This document shows positions 24,847-36,483 of a stretch of 44,747 nt of DNA, piece after piece. Below the pieces are notes generated by a model that was not told where the DNA came from, did no database searches, and worked only from the letters and a program-made list of their open reading frames with translations. The stretch spans positions 8,294,654-8,339,400 of the forward strand of contig NC_068985.1 of assembly GCF_001194135.2 (NCBI RefSeq), written 5' to 3'. How positions within the stretch are numbered: the first letter of the stretch is position 1; each line of letters begins with the position of its first letter. Source of the DNA: Octopus bimaculoides (lineage: Eukaryota). Made by a program: the position numbers and the translations under genes.

Positions 24847-26562
24847 TATGTGTCGTTAGCTAGCTGGAAGAGATGCCTTCCTGGAGTTATAAACGTCAGT
24901 AGCACTGTCCCGTATAGTACCGCACACTTGGTTGGCAATTATATGCTACGATTCCGTATTGCTACTGTTTACACCTCACTCAGAGATTTAATATAACTTA
25001 TACATACATANNNNNNNNNNNNNNNNNNNNNNNNNNNNNNNNNNNNNNNNNNNNNNNNNNNNNNNNNNNNNNNNNNNNNNNNNNNNNNNNNNNNNNNNNN
25101 NNNNNNNNNNTATATATATATATGTTTGTGATTGTATATTGTATTTCTTTGTATGTATAGATAGTATTGTTGGAAATCACCTTCTCGTCTTTATTTATTT
25201 AGGTATTGTACTTGTAGGACTGTAAATTTCGACATTTTTAAAAACCAGTTGTGTGAGATTCATATTATTCGGTTGCAATTTCTAGCAGATCAAATGATCT
25301 CCACGAAGGCTCTCATGTTAGCTTTGTATTAACTTGATCAACAAACCTATCATGAAACTAATTAAGCTCAATGATGTCATCGGTGAAGCAGGAACTAAAT
25401 ATTGATCACAGAATAATTCAACCACGTAGGCCAGTTACAATGTTGTATCGCCCGTTCGACGTACGATATAACGGGATAATGATAACGTCCTTGCAAATCA
25501 TTTTACTCATGAAACTGATTATAACCTTCGACAATACGCAACTCTCGGCTTACTCTGTTCTCAAGGCTGTCTGTGTATGTCCATTTATATTGTGGCTCGT
25601 TGAAAAAAAAATTAAGTGTTTAAAGAATAATAATGATTCAGAGTCGCCTAACATAATGGAAATTATCATAGAAGCGCTAAAATTTAACTAAAACTATACA
25701 TTCGTAAAGAAAATATTATGTTACTAATAGCTTTTTAATATGTTCGTTAAGAAAGTCAACTTCAGACATGTTCTGCCTTTCTTTTTTTTAATGACCTTAT
25801 CAGCAAAGCATAAGGACACACTACACTTGCTGAAATGGTGACTAGAGAATCAGTTATAAGGAATACGTACATGACTATATACTGACTATGCTTCAGAGAC
25901 GTCTGCATGGAAAATTAATGTAAATGTAAATAATCCAAGAAGCCTTATGAATCTAACCAAAAAATAATTATGCCATGCAGTAACAAAAAATAAAAACAAA
26001 ATAAAAATGAAAAATAAAAGAAGTAAATTAGTTTGGCAAGTACGGGAGACAACTCCTGATATGTTTCAATCTTCTTATAATCTCGCCAGCAAAGCCATGG
26101 GCTTTAACATGTCGACATAGTTGTAGAAGAATCGTTCGTAACGATTTGTAGTCAACGTTTTAATGTTGTAATTAAACAATTAAGGTTTCTTGATAACATT
26201 AAAACTATTTACACTGAATCTACTACTGTAAATTCCTGCCGATGGCGCCTCTAATTTATGTTGGACATAGATTTCATGATTGTTAGTGGCTTGGACTCGT
26301 TATTTTCTATAGTCGGTGCGAGTGATTGTGGTGTTGGTCTTAAAATAGTTAGGAGCAATAATGGAAAAGTCCATCGTGATAACGGTGGTAACGAGAGCAA
26401 TAACTATGGTTACTGTAGCGACACAAGTTCTGATGGTTCAGGTGGTGGTGATGGTGGTAGTGGCAATATAATAACGTCATGTTAACTCTAAGTGGCTCAC
26501 AGACCATTCAGCAGGGCAGGTCGGTCGATGTTAATCATAGTAACAGTAGTCATAATGTAGTA

Positions 26563-26598
<36 letters not shown>

Positions 26599-26753
26599 GT
26601 AGCAGTAGTAGTCGTACAGACAGCGGTGGTGGTGGTGGTGGTGGTAGCAGGTGGTCGTCATGATGGTGGTAACTTTCACAATAAGCATGTACGTGACTTT
26701 GTTCCTTTAGTTCTGATCGATTATATTTTTTCTATTTCACAGAACAATTGAAA

Positions 26754-26823
26754 ATGAAGGCCGTAATATTATGCCTCGCTATTATGCTCTCTTACGCTCT
26801 ACTGGTAGCAGCAAACGTCAATA
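26754..26823 (+). CDS. Coding exon 1 of a small secreted/GPI-anchored glycopeptide (signal peptide)
   Basis: Acceptor ttttctatttcacAG at 26742, aaaATG, MKAVILCLAIMLSYALLVAANVN, phase-1 donor GTAAGT at 26824. Confidence 0.8.
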
Positions 26824-27139
26824 GTAAGTATTTTCTCTCTATATTACATACATGCATATATGTATGCATGTATGTATGTATATATTCATTTATTCTTTTA
26901 GGATCTTTTTTAAAACGGGGGCCACATTTTTCATTAACGAAACACTTTGAAACTTGGAACACTGGTAGAATGTGTCATATAAAACATCTTTTTCTCTTAG
27001 TCTTCTTTTAAAAAAAAAGAAATCCCTAAGTTATTCCATGTTAAAGTTGTCGTATTTCTGTAATTTCAACCAATCACTGACGTCCATTCAGCCGATATAC
27101 ATTAAGTGCCGACTACATAAACAAACGATTCTGAAACAA

Positions 27140-27203
27140 TTAACCCTAACCCTAATCCTAACCCTAACCCTAACCCTAACCGTAGGGTTAGGGTTAGGGT
27201 TAA
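27140..27203. repeat. Inverted telomere-type repeat (CCCTAA)~7 then (TTAGGG)~3
   Basis: Directly visible. Confidence 0.9.
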
Positions 27204-27788
27204 AGCAAATTTAAAATGAAAAAAGCAAATAAAACGAAGGTATGGAGATTAAATACGCTTTACATCGCTTAANNNNNNNNNNNNNNNNNNNNNNNNNNNN
27301 NNNNNNNNNNNNNNNNNNNNNNNNNNNNNNNNNNNNNNNNNNNNNNNNNNNNNNNNNNNNNNNNNNNNNNNNNNNNNNNNNNNNNNNNNNNNNNNNNNNN
27401 NNNNNNNNNNNNNNNNNNNNNNNNNNNNNNNNNNNNNNNNNNNNNNNNNNNNNNNNNNNNNNNNNNNNNNNNNNNNNNNNNNNNNNNNNNNNNNNNNNNN
27501 NNNNNNNNNNNNNNNNNNNNNNNNNNNNNNNNNNNNNNNNNNNNNNNNNNNNNNNNNNNNNNNNNNNNNNNNNNNNNNNNNNNNNNNNNNNNNNNNNNNN
27601 NNNNNNNNNNNNNNNNNNNNNNNNNNNNNNNNNNNNNNNNNNNNNNNNNNNNNNNNNNNNNNNNNNNNNNNNNNNNNNNNNNNNNNNNNNNNNNNNNNNN
27701 NNNNNNNNNNNNNNNNNNNNNNNNNNNNNNNNNNNNNNNNNNNNNNNNNNNNNNNNNNNNNNNNNNNNNNNNNNNNNNNNNNNNNNNN

Positions 27789-27826
<38 letters not shown>

Positions 27827-27827
<1 letters not shown>

Positions 27828-28156
27828 AGGGGTTCTTTCAGCTTCCGTCTACCAATCCATTCACAAAGCTTTTGTCGGCCCGAGGCTATAGTAGAAGACA
27901 TTTGCAAGGTGCCACACAGTGGAGCTGAACCAAGAACCATGTGGTTGGGAAGCAAGTTTCTTACTACACAGCCACTCGTATTAATATATATATATAAAAC
28001 AAATAATAAATGAGTATATGCATATATACGTACAGGTATGTGCATACCTACGTCTACCTGTATATATAGGTGCATATCTGGGTACAGGACATTGCAANNN
28101 NNNNNNNGTATATATAGGTGCATATCTGGGTACAGGACATTGCAAACAAAGCGTAG

Positions 28157-28193
<37 letters not shown>

Positions 28194-28353
28194 TGGTGTG
28201 TTTACGTCCCCGTAACTTAGCAGTTCCGCAGAAGAGATCCGATAGAATAAGTACTAGGCTTACAAAGAATAAGTCCTGGGTTCGATTTGCTCGACTGAAG
28301 GCAGTGCTCCAGCATGGCCACAGTCAAATGACTAAAACAAGTAAAAGAGTAGA

Positions 28354-28426
<73 letters not shown>

Positions 28427-28800
28427 TGTATATATTCTTACCACACAGTCACCAGAGGTATTTTAATATGCTGACCACTTGATGAAATTTTGGGGAAAAA
28501 AATTTATCCTGTATTAGAAGTATCTTTCTATCTATCTATCTATCTATCTAATGTATATATATTCTTACCACACAGCCACTACTGTATATATATACATGGA
28601 AGAAGGTGAGAGAGAAAGGCTGGTGGCGTTTGCCGAACTGCTAAGTTATGGTGACGTAAACAAACCAGCATGGGTTGTGAAGCAGTGTTGGGGACAAACA
28701 CAGACACACACATACGTACATACATACATACATACTATTTCTGTCCACCAAATTCACTCACAAGATTTTGATCGGCCCGAGGCTATAATATAAGACACTT
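27827..28800. mobile_element. Intronic SINE family B fragments (27827-27976 minus, 28190-28350 plus, 28620-28800 minus)
   Basis: Matches to the family B head and tail. Confidence 0.8.
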
Positions 28801-29619
28801 GAACGAGATATCACATATGTTGTTAGGGACTAGACATCAGAGATAAGCGAAAGAAAATAGATATTCTCTGTGCATGATGGAAAATAATTGTGAACAGGCC
28901 GGTGATTGAAGTTGAAAGAATGGAAAAAAGTGAAACAGAATACAGGAAGAGGGTTTCGGGGCCATGCGAACTGGATCATGAAGTATCAGATTTCGTTGGA
29001 GAATTTGTGCAATGCTCAGGTATCTGTAGGATAACAAGAAAGCTTCGCAAAGAAGGAAAACAAAAATTGCACTGTATTTATATCATATATAATCGTAGAA
29101 AATCACAGATGTCGGGATGAAGTATTATACTATCTTCTTTTGGGTCAGAATTCAAACTTTATGCTGAAGTTTCCTTGTGTCTCTTGGGCTTCATCCTAGT
29201 AAATCTCTTGGAATTGTTTTTTTGCGATATATGGATGATGTAAAATTATAGCATAACTTTAGATCATGACAACACGACAAAACTTCCAAGTATATAATGT
29301 TATTACTCGCTATAGTAAGCATTCTATCATAAGAGTATACAACGTTATCGCTGTTTAGAACTGACTTGTTCTGTAAGGATGTTTATTTACAGTCATGTGT
29401 ATTACATTCTGTTAATTAAATGGACACGTTGCTGTAGCATTGACAAATAGGAATAACCGATTCCTCAGTAGATTGTCAATTTTATCTATTTTTCAAGTTT
29501 CGATATACAGCTGCATAAAAGTTATTATTTGTATTATGATGGGACAAGAAGTCGTGTTGCAATTTTAGATGCGACAGAAACAATCGCTTCTTCGCTCCTA
29601 ATTGGGAGATTTAATCAAG

Positions 29620-30530
29620 ATAATATTTCCAATCATTATTGATTACATGATACCTCATATCTGGCTAATTGTTGATCACTCGGGCATAAAATTCTTCAGG
29701 TTTGGAAACAAAGAAAAAGCTCGCTATAATTTTTGACCCCTTTACGAGTAATAAACACTTTTCCTTCTAAATAATTTTCTAATGATCTGGAAATATGATT
29801 ATCACATGGAGCCAGATCAGGACAATAAGGAAGATGAGGCAAGGCTTGCATATTTAGTGTAATAATCTTTTCGTAAGTGACTTGGACAATAAGTGGTCTG
29901 CATTATGATTTACCAACGGCGGTCCCTTTTCCTTCAAGGGCTCGGTATTAACAGTTTCGTCGTTTTGGCTAAACACTTCATGATAGACGACACCTTCATC
30001 TCCCACCAAACTCAGAGCATAACATTTTCGATTGCAATCTTGGCTTGGTATGGATTACCTCTTTTCGTTGGGTATTGACCACTGTTGTTCTTGTTGGATA
30101 TAGTTATAGAGAAGGTACTTTTCATCACTTGTGATTACTCTAGCCGAACAACGATGCAGAGCAGAGGTCAACTCTTTAATTACACTGAGAAGCCGCCAGC
30201 GGATGAAGAGCCCACTAGCCAAGTTTAGACACTTTTCCCAGTGTTTTTTGATCCAGGTGTGACTTGAATTGTTTTTCTAATTCTCGTGAAGTTTGCTTTG
30301 AATTTTCATCAACTATGGTTTTCAGAATTTCAGTATTGACAGAACTTGTTTGTCCAATTCAAGGGATGTGCGGCAGAAAAACTAGCCAAATCACCGTTGG
30401 CATATCCGGACACTTAAAGGTTTATTTCCATAGACAAATGAATATTCTTTGCCGTTTCTATTGCTAAAAAGTCCATTTTGAATTCATACAGCATGCAATG
30501 CCTGACATGGGTCTGATTTAAACCCGCTTC
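29620..30530 (-). pseudogene. Decayed mariner transposase, intronic
   Basis: HVRHCMLYEFK at the N-terminus, remnants of the WVPHEL and TGDEKW regions, and LPHLPYCPDLAPCDNHISRSLENYLEGK (YSPDLAP motif). Many stops and frameshifts. Confidence 0.85.
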
Positions 30531-31205
30531 AAAAGGATAAAATCGATACAAATTTAACCACTATAGTATAAAATAATCTGTAAAGAAAGAGAAAAACGTT
30601 GGACTATAACACTTAATGCTAGTTTTACCGTAAAAAGTACCATCAAAGGGATCATGTCAAAAATGTGACAAGCCTTTCTTTCCAACTTAATACATATTTT
30701 TAACATTGGTATTGGATAATGTTAATTAATTGTGGTAGGCATACTTTAAAGAAGAAACGGAGAAAATATGGCTTCAGTCTAGATCCAAAGTTGAACTGAC
30801 TACATAAGGAAACGCATTTTCCTACCTATGTTGTTTTGTTACCGTTGGATAGTCCAGTGTAAAGCTAACTGAATAGGCATATCATCGAAGGTATTTCAGC
30901 TATAACCATCACATATTTTTAGGGTTATGCAGATCAACATTATTCGACGTATTCTTCTTATAATTGTGGTGGATATATCATTTGATGACCATTTGTCTGT
31001 TGTTTCGTTAGAAGTCAGTCAACAAGTCACAGGCTCAATCATTAGGTCGATTAAACTAAATATGCATACAGCAATATGTCAATTTTTTTCTGTTTAAAAA
31101 AAGTTGTAATGTTTCTCAAATAAAACTTATTGTCAAATATTGTAATATTCGAAAACAAACTATTTTTTTTAAATGCTAACATTGAGTCTCACTATTATAC
31201 TTCAG

Positions 31206-31297
31206 CAACTGATAGCAACGTAACAATGTTTACTACACAAGGAATGGATGGGAATATGACAACTCAAATTCCAGAAACTACCACTTCAGGATATTCG
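31206..31297 (+). CDS. Coding exon 2 (Thr-rich mature peptide)
   Basis: Branch point CTAAC at 31176-31180, acceptor cttcAG at 31205, phase-1 entry matching exon 1, (T)TDSNVTMFTTQGMDGNMTTQIPETTTSGYS, phase-0 donor GTATGT. Confidence 0.8.
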
Positions 31298-31512
31298 GTA
31301 TGTTTATATTATATAGAAAGTCTATGGAGAAATAGAATTCCGTTTATTTTTGTTTGTATAATTTGTTCCCCAGAAAGGTGGAGAGCTAGCAGAGAGGTTA
31401 ACATGCCGGACACAATTCTTAGCGGCATTTCGTCCGTCTTTTCATTGTGAGTCTGTTGTATCCTTATGGATAAGCGAATGCACTGCAACAGTGTAATAAC
31501 AATATAATCGAG

Positions 31513-31738
31513 GGCGGTGAGCTGGTAGAATCATTAGCACACCGGGCAAAATGCTTAGCGGTATTTCGCTTGCCGCTACGTTCTGAGTTCAAACTCCACC
31601 GAGGTTGACTTTGCCTTTCATTCTTTCGGGGTCGATAAATCAAGTACCAGTTACGCACTGGGGTTGATTTAATCGACTTAATCCATTTGTCTGTCTTTGT
31701 GTGTCCCCTCTATGTTTAGTCCCCTGTGGCCAATAAAG
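31513..31738 (+). mobile_element. SINE family C
   Basis: ggcggtgagctggtagaatcattagc...ttctgagttcaaactcc...; homologous to 33009 and 15585. Confidence 0.85.
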
Positions 31739-32479
31739 CGGGTTACTGCCGTTTGTTTCGATTATATCTATATGTAATCGCACGTAACGCAACAACAATC
31801 TTTTAAGTACAAACAATCCAACACGCTAACTCGAACTGTGAACTTTGAACTCTAGCTTTGAACTATTAACACATGAAGTATAGAACTAGCACGAACTTTC
31901 CTCCGTATTTGCCACATCGGGCATAACGAAGATGGGGCAGTGCAAGGACAGACAAAACTAGCACAAACTACCTTACTCAGACTGCTTCTATATATATATA
32001 TAGTGGTCCACTCCATTCTTGCCAGAAGGCGTCCTACTCTCGCACAACAGAGTCCCAGTTCCGACGAGGATGACCTAGCTGGTCATCCCTTCGGCATCAA
32101 TGTAATCGATTAACCCGCTCCTACAAACTTTAAAGACTTGTGCCTTTATTAGAAAGAAATATTTAGTCCCCAGGGCAACACTAATCCAAATGTTACCATT
32201 TCCATGTTGAATCTAAAATTACATTATCGTATGTGCTCCTCCTAAAGTCTCTGCGTGTCATGTCAAAGAATTTTGATTCCCAGGCTCGCATATTTTTCGC
32301 GTAATTTTTGGTCGGAAACGTCAAAAAACCTGACACGAATAAAGTCACTGTATCAAAGATTTTCATCTTGTTATCTTACATATATCATGCCTAGCTTATA
32401 TGCTGAAGACCAAGCATGTCGACATCTGTCTTAGCTTACGTTCAAATATTAAGCTCTCGGTTGCGACAACGAATGCTCC

Positions 32480-32745
32480 AAATAGTTGGCAAATTAAGGT
32501 GTAAATGGCTGAGTATTCCGCAGTCACGCGTACTTTCAACGTAATTCTCAAGGAGATTCAACATGACAGAATTTCACAAACTTGACCGTTTGAAATACTG
32601 GTACTACTTTTTCTTGCTGGCTGAGTGGATTGAAGTAACTTGAAATAAAGTGTTTTGCACAAGGACATTATTCGCCGCCGAGAATCAAACTTATAAGCAT
32701 ATGATTGTGAGCCGAATACCCTAGCCACTAAACCACGCGCCTTCA
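32480..32745 (-). mobile_element. Old tRNA-derived SINE (family D-like)
   Basis: The minus strand starts gaaggcgcgtggtttagtggctagggtattcggctc and carries a ccttgtgcaaaacactttatttc core. Confidence 0.65.
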
Positions 32746-33008
32746 TACGTTCATATATACGGGGCTTTGGAAAGGATGAAACTACTTCGCAACTTATACT
32801 AATAACGCTAAAAACCAGAATGAATAACGCAAGTCAGTGTATCGGGTGCTCTGACGATGCACATGAACTATTGCGTAACAACGTAAAATTATTAGCTAGT
32901 GAAGCAAAAACTGTATTCGTCGGTGACAAATATTATTTAAAATTTTTGTGAGGCGGATATGTTTTGGTATTATTATAACCTCATCAATGAAATATAGCCT
33001 TTACCTAA

Positions 33009-33225
33009 GGTGGTGAGCTGGCAAAAACGTTAGCACGTCAGGCGAAATGCTTAGTGGTATTTCGTCTGTCTTTACGTTCTGAGTTCAAATTCCGCTGAGA
33101 TCGACTTTGCCTTTCATCCTTTCGGGATCGATAAATTAAGTACCAGTTGCCTACTGGCGTCGATCTAATCGACTGTCCCTCCTCCGCCCAAATTTCGGGC
33201 CTTGTGCCTAGAACAGAAAAATATT
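33009..33225 (+). mobile_element. SINE family C
   Basis: Homologous to 31513-31738. Confidence 0.85.
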
Positions 33226-33389
33226 TAGCCTTTACTTAGCTATTCTGGAGGCGCAAGTATGTAAATAGCTAATCGAGATAGTTTGAATACTGAGATACTA
33301 AAATTACTGAGTTATTTTTTCCTTTAATTGAATATTATATATAAATATTTGAAATATATAATAATTACTTATTTCTCTTTCTTTTGCAG

Positions 33390-33449
33390 ATTGTTATACC
33401 TTCAGTTTTGTTTGTCGGAGCAGCGAATTTATTACAGCGATTTTTCTGA
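33390..33449 (+). CDS. Coding exon 3 (hydrophobic GPI-signal-like tail and stop)
   Basis: Strong acceptor atttctctttcttttgcAG at 33389; in phase 0 it reads IVIPSVLFVGAANLLQRFF*. Confidence 0.75.
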   Translation: MVIPSVLFVGAANLLQRFF

Positions 33450-33514
33450 ATGATTACTTTCAATCAATAATATTTGCAATATAATTTTTTATATAAATGT
33501 CTTGAAACAATATA

Positions 33515-33520
33515 AATAAA
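33515..33520 (+). promoter_or_regulatory. Candidate polyadenylation signal
   Basis: AATAAA about 65 nt after the stop. The sequence is AT-rich, so a chance match is possible. Confidence 0.4.
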
Positions 33521-34199
33521 ATCTTTGATAATTGTATCACGAATTTAAATCTGTCTTCATATGTTCAATGATTATACTACGATTGATGCCGAAAAAAAAT
33601 AACAGAGGATGAATAATGAAATTGAATTTGCTATCGGGTTTGGAGGAGCCGAATATAAAAATGAAGAACAAACAAAACAAAGAGCAAAGACAAAAAAGAA
33701 GAAAAATTCAAAAGTTGTGAAATGGTGTATTCCTGTAATGAATCCAGACCCAGAATGAAGTAAATTCCGGCAAAACCATCAGAAAATAATATGCTTACTC
33801 AAGTGTAATTTGTTTAAATAAATAATATCATTCTGACATAAAATAAAAATATTTATTTATTTATTTCTCATCATGTGGTGATAACTTTGTCGATGGAGCT
33901 TGAGACAATTTAAAAAATTTTTTATGTGACTTTGAGTCCACTGGTCAAGGTGTAAGATGCTCAAATTGCCTCCTCTTTCTCAGTATTCACCATGTTGATG
34001 TATAATCAAAGGCAATCTATCAGTGGCCATGATGTCTATTTTTTAAAATTCTGACATGGATTAAGAAATAAAATTATGTATAAAATCTGTATCCGTCCGT
34101 TTCTATTATAAGGCGATAGGATGTTATCTGTGAGAGATTTAGTTGTTATTTCTAGCAAGTCGAACGATCATTTAGAAGCTGACCCCTTAAAATTGCATG

Positions 34200-34267
34200 G
34201 AAGCCGCAGGCGCGAGCCTGCGTGAAGCCGACCGCGGGTGCAGATCTCGGTGGTAGTAGCAAATATT
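34200..34267 (+). rRNA. Isolated 28S rRNA fragment (not a functional gene)
   Basis: gaagccgcaggcgcgagcctgcgtgaagccgaccgcgggtgcagatctcggtggtagtagcaaatatt matches the conserved LSU segment ...GGUGCAGAUCUUGGUGGUAGUAGCAAAUAUU, recognised from memory. Confidence 0.85.
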
Positions 34268-34269
34268 GC

Positions 34270-36480
34270 TGTCAAAGCAACCCCTTTTCAGTGCACTGTT
34301 CTGATAGAATAACAACCAAATCTCTCAGATGATACCGTACTGTCTTACAAAAGAGGATTCGTTGGATAATGTCGTTTTGTATACAGTATGTTTGAGAAAG
34401 TGGGATGGATATGAAATGGGCAGCTATTAATTAAAGGTTTGCTTGATCTTAGATTTGTTCAATTTGGAATATTATGGTTCAATGCAACGCTAAAAGTCAA
34501 ACAGCTTACTCCTCTTGGGAATAGCAGATTCCGTGACATGTTTCTTTGTTTTAGAGTTGATAAACGGACATACATCCATGCATACATACATGCATACATA
34601 CATACATACGTATATACACGAAAGAACGATACCGACACGAGTTGGAGAAAGTCCCACCGACCTGATCTTATCCGTGATCAACGAAATTGCGAGACAACAA
34701 GTAGCTCAAATCCAAACTCCTAACTTTTGGACAATAATGTCCTACTATATTGTACCGCAGTAACTGTGCACCAACAGCTGGGAGTAAGAGAGACCGATCC
34801 GAACGATAACACAGAACCAAAAATGAATTTTTTCCTTACATCAATGGACTCAGGGAAAAAGATAAGTCAGCTGGACTCTATCATCAAAAATGCGAGGCTA
34901 AATATGAGTTCACGAATCACCAGCTAAGACTGCATGATAGGTTCTCCAAATTGTATGGGAACTGCTGCCGAGAAACAACCACAGAAAAACTTATCACCCT
35001 CAAATATGATCTATGTGTAGTAAGTTCATATCTTGGTTACTGTAAAAGATTACACGAACGGAAAATGATAAAATGAAAGTTTGCTTGAAATTCACAAGCT
35101 GTATATTACAGTTATTGTGAAACTGCCGAATGGAGAATCATCAGGGAGAGACCTGATAGTAGGTTACTGTTACACAAACCTCACGTTCTATAGGGAAGCC
35201 CCATGTGACCAAAAACTATAGGCTCATAGCATAACAAGATATTAAGACTACATACTGGGATATGCAGAAAAGGATAAAATTAATGCCACCCACAAATATC
35301 TTTTTTGCTTTGTTTGATGATCTGTACACAGGCTGTCTGAATATGGATATGAATATGACCTTAAGAATGCCAATCAATATCACCGAAATCTCTAAACGGT
35401 ATGGCTAGCCTACAAGAAGGGGTTCGACTCTGTGCTTCACTCGTGGGTGGTAGAAACACTACACTTTGCCAAAGTACCAGCTGTTATTGTTAATGGCATT
35501 GAAAGATTGACCACTGACAACTACTAAAGCAACACCTACTGTTACAAACACTATTTAGTTATCAATAGGCATATTCCAGGCCGATAGTTTATCTTTAATG
35601 CCGTTTGTAGTAACAGTGAATCTTTTGTCAGCCCTTTTAACAAGATACGAAGACTACATGCTTGGATATGCAAGAAAGAATAAAATTAATGTCACCCACA
35701 CATTTTTGTTGAAGACCTAAAGTTATATTCTAGTAATATGACTAACATCAAGAGATAATTAAAACTAGTTACAATATTCTCACGAGATATAGGAATAGAG
35801 TTTGAGTAAGATAAATGCTCATATATGATAGACAACCGAGGAAAGATTCTCGATTAAGCAAAGAACGTGTACATCAACGGCTTGTCTATCTCCCCTATCT
35901 CTAATGATGAAAGTTACAAGCACCTCGGAATCAATGAGAATGTTGCATACGTTGGTGCTGTGACTAAAGTCAGAATAACAAAAAGAATACTTCTATAGAC
36001 TCCGGAAAATATGGAACTCGGAGTTGTCTTCATTTAATAAGATCATATATCACAATTCTTCTGCAGTACCAGTGCTAGTACCAACATTTTAAACATTGGA
36101 CTAGGCACTCAATGAAATACGCAGCCTGGACATCAAAACCAGAAAAGAACTGACCAACACTGGCAACTTCCACATTAACTCTGACACCGATAGGAGAAAA
36201 AGTGATGGAGGTTGAGGCATAAGGCCAGTCCAAACAGCCTTTGAATGTCATATTGTATCACTCAGACCTTGTGGACAGTAAAGAAAGAAACGAGTACATT
36301 CCATACATACTCAAAAGTGAGATAAAAAAAAACGTCTTCAGAGTGGAAGAATTACTGTGCAAGCACTCTGAGAACACATGTCTCATACGCCCCAAATGAG
36401 GCTGGACTGGCCTATTTAAACAGCGAATGTAACTTACTTCAAAAAGATCTGAAATTAACTTTCTTCCGAACAGAATAATC
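34270..36480 (+). mobile_element. R4/Dong-clade non-LTR retrotransposon, copy A (N-terminus and RT), degenerate
   Basis: YKKGFDSVLHSWV, GIFQADSLS, a decayed xxDDLKLY motif, YKHLGI, AVPVL, LDIKTRK, NFHINSDTDR. Many stops and frameshifts. Confidence 0.85.
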
Positions 36481-36483
36481 AAA

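Noticed and set aside
26380-26670. Poly-His/Tyr/Val/Gly ORFs upstream of the coding exon
   Set aside because: Mosaic of GGT, AGT and AAT trinucleotide repeats.
27140-27203. Telomere fusion site
   Set aside because: Orientation is opposite to a fusion signature, and the tract is very short.
32064-32092. CCGACGA followed by a perfect 8-bp hairpin (GGATGACC/GGTCATCC), hammerhead-like
   Set aside because: No GAAA follows the stem and there is no stem III or cleavage triplet.
33609-33758. 49-aa Lys-rich ORF just after the glycopeptide gene
   Set aside because: Short, A-rich, no recognisable motif or splice support.
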